Source: Desulfobacterales bacterium (GTDB lineage: Bacteria; Desulfobacterota; Desulfobacteria; Desulfobacterales; SG8-13). Taken from it: DNA of 64,000 bases. Positions 30,620 through 37,792 of the stretch are shown here, one piece after another. Numbering within the stretch: position 1 is the stretch's first letter; every line of letters starts with the position of its first letter. The stretch spans positions 4,861-68,860 of the forward strand of contig JBAPSB010000069.1 of assembly GCA_049281435.1 (NCBI GenBank), in the 5' to 3' direction. Below the pieces are notes generated by a model. It was not told the DNA's origin, did no database searches, and saw only the letters and a program-made list of their open reading frames with translations. Both the position numbers and the translations under genes were made by a program.

Positions 30620-30673
30620 GAATAAAAAACAAAAAAAGACGCCCCTCCTCACGCTGGAGATAGGGACGTCTTT
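30620..30673 (-). terminator. Strong intrinsic terminator about 55 nt upstream of the mvhD start (minus strand)
   Basis: Minus strand reads AAAGACGTCCCT…AGGGGCGTCTTT (12-bp stem, 1 mismatch) followed by TTTTTTTGTTTTTT. Confidence 0.8.
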
Positions 30674-30745
30674 GTCCGAACACTGCAAGGTCATAAACCC
30701 CGAACGCCTTTGTCCGGAGTTTAGATTTTCTCAAAGGAAGTCACC

Positions 30746-30772
30746 ATTATAGGCAACCATTGACCTTGTCAA
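30746..30772 (-). promoter_or_regulatory. Near-consensus sigma70 promoter (minus strand) feeding the terminator and mvhD leader
   Basis: Minus strand reads TTGACA-15 nt-TATAAT. Both hexamers are perfect, but the spacer is short (15 nt). Confidence 0.5.
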
Positions 30773-30953
30773 GGGAAAATATGCCGGATGGTGCTTGCTT
30801 TCGTGCTGAAAATTCGCTAGTTTCCGATCCGGAAATGGCCCTTTTCCGCAATTTCGGCGTCAATCGGTAAAATCGCTTGTGCGGGAGATGCCATCCGTCG
30901 AACGGCCCATGACACTTTAGCCACCCCAGAATGGACACCAGGGAGATTCATCC

Positions 30954-31457
30954 ATGAAACACTTGCGCCTGCTGGCGGTATGCGTTCTGACAACCGTTCT
31001 CCTCTATCACTGTGCCCCGGCCAAACCCTTGATTTACGAAACGACCTACGACTACGACATCCGGGTGGATTTTACGGCCATGCGTCATTATGCCTGGCTG
31101 CCGCTGCCGGTAACCGCCACGATCACGTCGCTGAATGCCGACCGAGTGAAATATTTTGTCGAGACCCGTTTATCGTTCAAGGAGTATACCGCGTCACAGA
31201 GCGTACCGGATTTTCTCATCGAACCGATGGTTGACTCAACCAGCCAAATAGACACCACCGGCGGACCAGATGAATATGGGCTCTACAGGGAGGCCAGACT
31301 GGCTATGACGTTTTTCCTCCCGGAATCCCGAAATGTCATCTGGCGGGGCGAGACACGGGTGCGGGTCAATCCGGGCCTGAGCCCGCAAGAAAAAGATCAG
31401 CTGATCAAGACGGCGGTGGACGAGATTCTCCAAAATTTTCCGCCGACGACGCCGTAA
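30954..31457 (+). CDS. Putative lipoprotein (DUF4136-like)
   Basis: 167 aa. Signal peptide with Cys at position 20. The DUF4136 resemblance is from memory. Confidence 0.5.
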   Translation: MKHLRLLAVCVLTTVLLYHCAPAKPLIYETTYDYDIRVDFTAMRHYAWLPLPVTATITSLNADRVKYFVETRLSFKEYTASQSVPDFLIEPMVDSTSQIDTTGGPDEYGLYREARLAMTFFLPESRNVIWRGETRVRVNPGLSPQEKDQLIKTAVDEILQNFPPTTP

Positions 31458-32143
31458 AGAGGCTGGGAGGCACGCCGTCAGGCGTAAATGTCGATCAGCC
31501 GTCCGGAGGCATCCCGGTGGTCCTCGTTTCCGTGGCCGGCGGATTCATAGGATCGACCCACACAGCCGATGAGGCGCCGGGGATGAGGTAACCGAGCCGG
31601 CGCCGCTGCCCGGCGAACGACGGCCAATGGTGGCGGCTGGCCGAACGAATCGATCCGGCGAGCGGGATGCCGGTCCGGGTGATAGGCAAGCAGTTTGACG
31701 TTTGAAGGCACCATCGGATTGAAAGCGTCCACCCCGGTATCGAAAATCGTTTGATGACGAGTTGTTTGAGCACGATTGCCGCCTCATAGCGGCCTTCATA
31801 AAAAGCCATCCGAATACCCTGACGCCCCAGCAAATTTCATACCGCATTTATGATATATTTTTATATAATAATTTTAGTTCTTTATAAATACAAGAGGATG
31901 CGTGTAAACTGTAATACTGAAATGTATTACACATCTGCCTGTAATACGGTTCCTAAAAAAAACCTGTCGGGAAAAATATTTGCAAACCGCTTAAAATATC
32001 GTTAATATCTTTTATGATATTTTAGCTATAACTTATGATCTTATATGCCCAGATTTTTTATCATCCAGCGATCCCATAATAACGCTAATTTTAAAAACCC
32101 GTGTTATAATACCTCCAAACAAAATCAACTGGAGGACTGCGTC

Positions 32144-32626
32144 ATGCCGTTTGCACAAAAACTGTCAAAACTAAGAAACGAAAGAGGCTTGACCCAACAG
32201 GAGATGGCCAGGTTGATCGGCGTGGGCATTGCCCAGGTGAGGCGTTATGAGAAAGGCAAATCTTCACCGACCCTGGAAGTGATCAAAAACATCGCCCGCA
32301 CCTTGGGAATATCCGCTGATGACCTGATCTTTGATGAGAACGAGCGGGTGGCGGCGGCCAAGATTCTGGACCGCAAATTGCTGGAACAGTTTGAGCTGAT
32401 CGCCAGGTTGAACCCGCATGACAAAGACGCAATTAAGACCATCCTTGACAGCATGATCTTGAAAAGTCGGCTGGAAGAAGCGATGCCCCCCCGGACGGAC
32501 ACCGCCTGGTCCAAGCAGATGCGCAGCGTGGTGGACGAGTTCAGAAAAGGGGCTGAAGACTACTCCGATGATGAGATCGAAAGTATTGCGGATGAAGCGG
32601 TAAACGCGGTAAGAAACGCCGGATAG
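32144..32626 (+). CDS. XRE-family helix-turn-helix protein (putative antitoxin/regulator)
   Basis: LSKLRNERGLTQQEMARLIGVGIAQVRRYEKGKSSPTLEVIKNIARTLGISADDLI is a canonical HTH_XRE. GGAGG RBS before the ATG at 32144. An AT-rich region lies upstream. Confidence 0.85.
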   Translation: MPFAQKLSKLRNERGLTQQEMARLIGVGIAQVRRYEKGKSSPTLEVIKNIARTLGISADDLIFDENERVAAAKILDRKLLEQFELIARLNPHDKDAIKTILDSMILKSRLEEAMPPRTDTAWSKQMRSVVDEFRKGAEDYSDDEIESIADEAVNAVRNAG

Positions 32627-32636
32627 GAAGCAGCGT

Positions 32637-32737
32637 TGGAACGTAAACTCAGGGCCGTTATCGATACCAATCTTTTTATCAGCGGACTTCAGAAACTGAG
32701 CCGTGTCAAAAATGAAATCCCGGATGGACACTAACAA
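32637..32737 (+). pseudogene. Truncated PIN-domain toxin remnant (first ~20 codons only)
   Basis: Frame reads L-ERKLRAVIDTNLFISGL, then runs into the 35-bp mini repeat and stops (…QKLSRVKNEIPDGH*). xVIDTNxxIS is the N-terminal acidic motif of PIN toxins. Confidence 0.55.
32698..32732 (+). repeat. 35-bp mini derivative of the family-1 element, copy B
   Basis: GAGCCGTGTCAAAAATGAAATCCCGGATGGACACT matches the reverse complement of 15548-15582. Confidence 0.75.
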
Positions 32738-32748
32738 CCGAACGCCGA

Positions 32749-33111
32749 TCAGTCAGCCGCCAGGAGACGGGACACCTTTTCTTCGAGTTCGGCATTGTCG
32801 ATCGGCTTGACGCAAAACTCGCCGGCCCCCAGCCGGATCGACTCCCGCGCGGCTTCCACGGTGGGATAACCGGTCAGCATGAGGGTGCGGATGCCCGGTG
32901 CGATCTGTTTTATTTTCGCCAGCACCTCGATGCCGCTCATTTTTTTTAACTTGATATCGAGGATCGCCAGGTCGACGGGGTTTGCGGCAATGAAGTCTAT
33001 GGCCGGGGCTTCGTCGGTGAAGGGAAAAACGGTGTGACCGTTTTCTTCCAGCAGTCTTGCCATCAGGCGCACGGCATCGGAAACATCGTCCAGTATGAGA
33101 ATCCTCGCCAT
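32749..33111 (-). CDS. Single-domain response regulator (CheY-like receiver)
   Basis: 120 aa with DD pair, LAILDIKL acceptor Asp, MLTGY and VKP. Confidence 0.9.
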   Translation of the reverse strand: MARILILDDVSDAVRLMARLLEENGHTVFPFTDEAPAIDFIAANPVDLAILDIKLKKMSGIEVLAKIKQIAPGIRTLMLTGYPTVEAARESIRLGAGEFCVKPIDNAELEEKVSRLLAAD

Positions 33112-33162
33112 CTATCGTCTCCTGAAAGGCTCTGGCAGCAGTTCATCGAAACGGTTTGGGCA

Positions 33163-33924
33163 TCAGCGTCGATAGCGGTGGCTGACGGATTTGATCCGGT
33201 CCGAAAAGAGCTTGGCGCACGTCGGGCAGTAGGTGTGGTGAGTCTTGACATCCGGGTGCGTGACGGTCCGGTGGTGGATGTGGTCGAGGAATTTCGGGGT
33301 GGCGAACAGCCGGCCGCAGCCTTCGCAGCGCTCCAGTGGGTGTTTGCCGATCACCTCGTCGCGAATCGAAATGGTTCTGACAGTTGAACGGTCTTCGAGC
33401 TTGATCACGCGGGTCGGGCAGATATTGACGCAGGTTCCGCACCCCACGCAGCGGTTCTCGATGGGAACGACGAAATTCTGCCCATCGCGCTGCTCCATCT
33501 TCAGGGCTCCCGGACCGACGATCTCCTGGCACACCCGGATGCAGAGCCGGCAGCGGATGCAGCCGTCGGGCGGCAGGCCCACGTCGATACCGAAGGACTT
33601 GGCCAGGGCGATGATGGTCGCGGACTGCGGCGCCATCTGCAGCAGGTTCTTGAACGCCCGGACCCTGGCCTTTTCCACCAATTCCCCGGTTGTGTTGACC
33701 TCCATGTTGTCTTTGACCTTAAGAATGCACGACAGCATGGTCAGCTTCCGTCCGGAAGCGCGGCCCGGCACCTCGACCGCACACAGTTTGCAAGACCCCG
33801 AAGGCTTGAGGGCAGGATGGTAGCAAAGGGTCGGAATGCGGATGCCGTTGGCTTTCAAGACCTCGAGCACCGTCTGGTTCGCTTCGGCGGCGTATTGCCG
33901 GCCGTCAATGGTCATATGGATCAT
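33163..33924 (-). CDS. 2Fe-2S plus 2x[4Fe-4S] ferredoxin-domain protein (NuoG/FdhA N-terminal-like)
   Basis: MTIDGR…LCYHPALKPSGSCKLCAVEV (2Fe-2S fold), then CIRCRLCIRVC and CVGCGTCVNICP. Confidence 0.85.
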   Translation of the reverse strand: MIHMTIDGRQYAAEANQTVLEVLKANGIRIPTLCYHPALKPSGSCKLCAVEVPGRASGRKLTMLSCILKVKDNMEVNTTGELVEKARVRAFKNLLQMAPQSATIIALAKSFGIDVGLPPDGCIRCRLCIRVCQEIVGPGALKMEQRDGQNFVVPIENRCVGCGTCVNICPTRVIKLEDRSTVRTISIRDEVIGKHPLERCEGCGRLFATPKFLDHIHHRTVTHPDVKTHHTYCPTCAKLFSDRIKSVSHRYRR

Positions 33925-33943
33925 CGCGTGGCTCCGTAACTCC

Positions 33944-34393
33944 TCAATCCAGGCCGGCTTCGTGCAGATCGGCGATATATTCCTTCAAATGGTGCAGCTC
34001 GTCGTCGAGAGCGGCCAGTCGATATTCGACCAGGTCGCCGGCGGTCAGAAGGCCGATGACCTTTTCATCCTCGATCACCGGCAGATGACCAATGCCGGCC
34101 TCGAGCATCACCTGCATCACCACTTCGATGGGATCGCCGGGCTTGGCCGAAGTGAGTTTTGCCGTCATCGCATCGCCCAGCCTTACCGCGGCAAACGATT
34201 GGCCCTTGTCCCGCAGATAGGTCCGCAGCACGTCCCGCTTGGCAAATATCCCGACCGGGCGGCCTTTTTCGGTGACGATCAGCGCACCGGCACTGCCGGC
34301 GTTCATCGCTTCGATCGCATCATCGACGCTCCGGCCGCTTTCCAGCGTTAAAACCGGTCGGCCCGATTTTTTCACCACATCGGATACGGCCAT
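33944..34393 (-). CDS. CBS-domain pair protein
   Basis: 149 aa with two CBS repeats (…GALIVTEKGRPVGIFAKRDVL… and …HLPVIEDEKVIGLLTAGDLV). Confidence 0.85.
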   Translation of the reverse strand: MAVSDVVKKSGRPVLTLESGRSVDDAIEAMNAGSAGALIVTEKGRPVGIFAKRDVLRTYLRDKGQSFAAVRLGDAMTAKLTSAKPGDPIEVVMQVMLEAGIGHLPVIEDEKVIGLLTAGDLVEYRLAALDDELHHLKEYIADLHEAGLD

Positions 34394-34445
34394 CGGGGTG
34401 AAGATCCTTTCAGGCTGAATACAGATTTTAAGGAGGACCTGCGGT

Positions 34446-34658
34446 TTAATCTTCCAGGGCCCGCAGGCAATCCTGGGGGAACCGGTGAGTCCCCTTGCCC
34501 ACCAGGCTGACCTCTACTAGGGCGTCGGGATCGTTGATGGAACTGTCCGGATCGGTGATGCGCCCGTGCAGACCGACGTATTCATCCATGTAGGCTTGCC
34601 AGCTCTCGTCACTGGATCGCTGGTAGATTTCCACTTTCTGACCGCGACGAAATACCAT
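34446..34658 (-). CDS. Small hypothetical protein (70 aa)
   Basis: ORF with coding-like composition in the same orientation as its neighbours. No recognisable motif. Confidence 0.4.
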   Translation of the reverse strand: MVFRRGQKVEIYQRSSDESWQAYMDEYVGLHGRITDPDSSINDPDALVEVSLVGKGTHRFPQDCLRALED

Positions 34659-34838
34659 GGGGCTGTCTCCTCGGCTGACGCAGGGTTCGCAAAAAGTAAG
34701 GTCATCATCTTCAGGCGTCGCGACGCCCGGGCACTCAATGCACGAACACGCCAGAATATCCGGTTATTTGTGATTATTCCCGCCACAGTCGAACGCGATG
34801 CGCTATCGTCTGAAATATAAACCTAAACTGATCGGTTC

Positions 34839-35020
34839 CAGGTTTAGGGTTCAAAGGTTATACAATACTGATTTCCGGAACTTTACCCACCATTAATTGG
34901 ATTGACCGCTTCAATCCATTGGGTGCAACGGATAAGCACCATAAAATCAGAATAATTCAGATATGAGCAGTTTAAGGGCTTTTGAACCCAGAACGTTGAA
35001 CCCTGAACCGCTCAACCTGG
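34839..35020. repeat. ~180-bp segment flanked by inverted GGTT(T/C)A-type degenerate repeats
   Basis: Left end is ccaggtttagggttcaaagg. Right end is cttttgaacccagaacgttgaaccctgaaccgctcaacctgg (its reverse complement contains ggttcagggttcaacg). The interior is AT-rich and has a TGGATTG…CAATCCA hairpin. Confidence 0.55.
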
Positions 35021-35027
35021 GATAAAA

Positions 35028-37208
35028 TTATTTTTTCGCTAATCCTCTCGGCTGCCCCGGAATGCTGTCGGTGGTGACCTTGGCGCTCGAATGCCGCAAA
35101 CAGGCATCACACAATGCCCGGCCGGCGGCGGCCCGGGCCACGGGCTGGGTTCGTTTGCGGACGAATTCGAGATAGCGGGCCGGTCCCAGGACCGCCCCGC
35201 ACTCCTGGCAGTGCATCAGTTTCTGCCGGTTTAAAATCGTCCCGCACAGGGACAGAATTCTCTCGCCGCCGCGGTCTTCCATGCGCATGGCGCCGGTCGG
35301 GCAATTGGCGGCGCAGGCGCCGCAGGCGATGCAGCGCTCGGCCGTCACGCGGTAATCGGTTTCCACCGGATGATCGAAGTCGAAATAGCCCATCTGCAGG
35401 GCATCGACCCCCATCTTGTCGCGGCAGATCTCCACGCACTTGCCGCAGCGCAGGCAGATGTCGCAACGCAGGCAGCGCCGCGCCTCTTCACGGGCCGCGT
35501 TTTCCGGATACCCCAACTCCACCTGTTGAAAGGTGGTGCGCCGTCGATCCAGATTCAGAAGCGGCATGTCGGGGCGTTTGAGGGTCATCTTGGTGCTGGC
35601 CGGCACTTCCAGCCAATCGATCCGTCCGCGCCGCACCGGGATTCGCGGCATGCTCGGCTGGGGGATGCCGGACAGGTAGCGATCGATCGCTTCGGCGGCG
35701 CGTTTGCCGCCGCCGATGGCCTCGATCACGGTGGCCGGGCCGGTCACGGCGTCGCCGGCCGCAAAAATGCCGGCCTGGGAGGTCTCCATCGTGGCCGTGT
35801 TGACCGAAATGGTGTTGCGCCGGGTCCACTCGAGGCCGCCGACCGCCGTCATACAGGAGTTCTCGACCTTTTGCCCGATCGCGCTGATGACCACATCGAC
35901 CGACATCAGAAATTCGCTGCCCTCGATGGGTTTCGGGTATTTGCGGTCCTGGCCGTCCATTGCCACCAACTCGGCCCGCAGGCAGCGCAGACCCTCGATG
36001 CCGCCGTTGTTGCTGACGATCTCGATTGGAATGGTCAGAAAGGCGAAGCTGATCCCCTCTTCCTCGGCCTGCTCGACCTCCTCGCGGTCGGCCGGCATTT
36101 CGGCCCGCGCGCGGCGGTAGGCGAGCGTCACCTCGCGGCACCCCAGCCGCAGGCAAGTCCTGGCGGCATCGATCGCCACGTTGCCGCCGCCGATCACCAC
36201 CACCCTCTTGCCCGGCACCGTCCGGTCCCCGAGAGCGACCCGGCGCAGAAAGGCGATGGCTTCCAGTACCTGCGGGCAGCCTTCCTCGCCCGGAATCCCG
36301 AGCCTGAAGGACTGGTGGGCGCCGATGGCGAAGAAAAAGGCCTCGAAACCTTCCGACCGCAGGTCTTCCAGGGACACGTCGTGCCCGAAGCGCGTGTTGA
36401 AGGCGAATTCTACGCCCAAATCGGTCAGCATGGCGACCTCGCGATCGATGATTTCCCGCGGCAGGCGGTAGCGGGGAATGCCCAGCAGCAGCATGCCGCC
36501 CGCGACCGGGTGCTGCTCGATCACGCGCACACCGTAGCCTTTCAGAACCAGGTAATAGGCCGCACTCATCCCGCCGGGACCCGCACCGATCACCGCTACT
36601 TTTTTACCCTTGTCGGGCTCTTTTTCAGGGTTGCGGTAACTACCCTCGGACATGGCCCTTTCGGCGGCAAAACCTTTGAGAAATTTGATCGACACCGGTG
36701 TGTCGATCCGGCCGCGCACGCACATGAACTCGCATGGCCGGGTGCAGACCAGCCCGCACACCCACGGAAAGGGGCAGTCCCGGCGGATCACGTCGATGGC
36801 CTCCTCATCCCGGCCCATGCCGATCAGGGTCACGTAGGTGGGGATGTCGAGCCCGGCCGGGCAGGTCATCTGGCAGGGGGCGGGAGAGAGTTTCACGCAG
36901 TCGCCGGTCGAACAGTTGTGGGTGTCGATGTGGCTGGCGAAAACTTCCCGGTTCAAGTCGACGGCGGCGTGCAGAAATGCGGCCGTTTCCCGGGCGGCCG
37001 CACCGGCCTCTTCGTAGGCCATTTCGTCCGCCAGCGATTCGATGGCCGGGATGTGTCTGTCGCCGGCCCGGCCCCAGGCGATGTCGTTGAGAAGCTGCAA
37101 AATCTCTTCGGCAATTCTGCGGCTGCGGGGGTGCTGCAGCCGGCCGCTGTCGATGGCCTGCTTCAACTCGGTGATCGTACGGGTCACCGGACACGTTTTT
37201 GCGGGCAT
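35028..37208 (-). CDS. GltD/NfnB-like NAD(P)H:Fe-S oxidoreductase with C-terminal ferredoxin domain
   Basis: 726 aa. CxxxC clusters as in the GltD N-terminus, VAVIGAGPGG and VVVIGGGNVAID dinucleotide folds, and C-terminal CLRCDICLRCGKC and CIACGACAANCP. Confidence 0.85.
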   Translation of the reverse strand: MPAKTCPVTRTITELKQAIDSGRLQHPRSRRIAEEILQLLNDIAWGRAGDRHIPAIESLADEMAYEEAGAAARETAAFLHAAVDLNREVFASHIDTHNCSTGDCVKLSPAPCQMTCPAGLDIPTYVTLIGMGRDEEAIDVIRRDCPFPWVCGLVCTRPCEFMCVRGRIDTPVSIKFLKGFAAERAMSEGSYRNPEKEPDKGKKVAVIGAGPGGMSAAYYLVLKGYGVRVIEQHPVAGGMLLLGIPRYRLPREIIDREVAMLTDLGVEFAFNTRFGHDVSLEDLRSEGFEAFFFAIGAHQSFRLGIPGEEGCPQVLEAIAFLRRVALGDRTVPGKRVVVIGGGNVAIDAARTCLRLGCREVTLAYRRARAEMPADREEVEQAEEEGISFAFLTIPIEIVSNNGGIEGLRCLRAELVAMDGQDRKYPKPIEGSEFLMSVDVVISAIGQKVENSCMTAVGGLEWTRRNTISVNTATMETSQAGIFAAGDAVTGPATVIEAIGGGKRAAEAIDRYLSGIPQPSMPRIPVRRGRIDWLEVPASTKMTLKRPDMPLLNLDRRRTTFQQVELGYPENAAREEARRCLRCDICLRCGKCVEICRDKMGVDALQMGYFDFDHPVETDYRVTAERCIACGACAANCPTGAMRMEDRGGERILSLCGTILNRQKLMHCQECGAVLGPARYLEFVRKRTQPVARAAAGRALCDACLRHSSAKVTTDSIPGQPRGLAKK

Positions 37209-37240
37209 GGTTTCCTCGCGTCCGTCAAGACGGTGATAAA

Positions 37241-37753
37241 TTAAACACTCTGGTCGAGGGCGGCGACGGCTTTGGCGTGGCGCTCACGGCGAATCTGGGT
37301 CGTGTCCTCCACCTTGCCGAAATCGAGGCAATGGGTTGTGCATACCGTCACACAGGCCGGTTTGAGCCCCTGGTCGACGCGGTCCATGCAGTAGTCGCAT
37401 TTGACCGCCTTACCGGTTTCGGGGTTCCACTGCGGCGCGCCCCACGGACAGGCCGTGATGCAGGCCTTGCAGCCCACGCACAGGTCGAAATCGATGAACA
37501 CGATGCCATCCTTGGCGCGCTTCTGCATCGCGCCGGTCGGACAGGCGGCCACGCACCAGGGGTCTTCACAGTGAAAGCAGGGCATGAAGACATAGGTGGC
37601 GCGCGGCAGACCGCCCACCATTTTGGGCCCCACCGGGATCACCTGACTGATTTTGGGTCCGACCGGCAGGTTTTTGTGGCTCTTGCACTGAATGACGCAG
37701 GTGTGGCAACCGATGCACTTCTTGGTATCCTGAAAAAGGTAGTACTTGCTCAT
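37241..37753 (-). CDS. 4Fe-4S dicluster protein (DmsB/FdhB-type electron-transfer subunit)
   Basis: 170 aa. CIGCHTC, CFHCEDPWC, CVGCKAC and CDYC cluster motifs. Confidence 0.88.
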   Translation of the reverse strand: MSKYYLFQDTKKCIGCHTCVIQCKSHKNLPVGPKISQVIPVGPKMVGGLPRATYVFMPCFHCEDPWCVAACPTGAMQKRAKDGIVFIDFDLCVGCKACITACPWGAPQWNPETGKAVKCDYCMDRVDQGLKPACVTVCTTHCLDFGKVEDTTQIRRERHAKAVAALDQSV

Positions 37754-37792
37754 TGAATTCCTCCAGCCGGCGGTTATCGCCCGCGAGTGTTT

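Noticed and set aside
30747-30938. 63-aa minus-strand ORF between the lipoprotein gene and the mvhD leader
   Set aside because: It has a GTG start with no RBS, basic low-complexity content, and overlaps the predicted promoter. The region is better explained as promoter/leader DNA.
31478-31847. Three mutually overlapping minus-strand ORFs (84, 112 and 100 aa)
   Set aside because: All three frames are open and none gives a recognisable protein. I could not support a CDS or a specific pseudogene call; it is mentioned only as possible decay in a finding.
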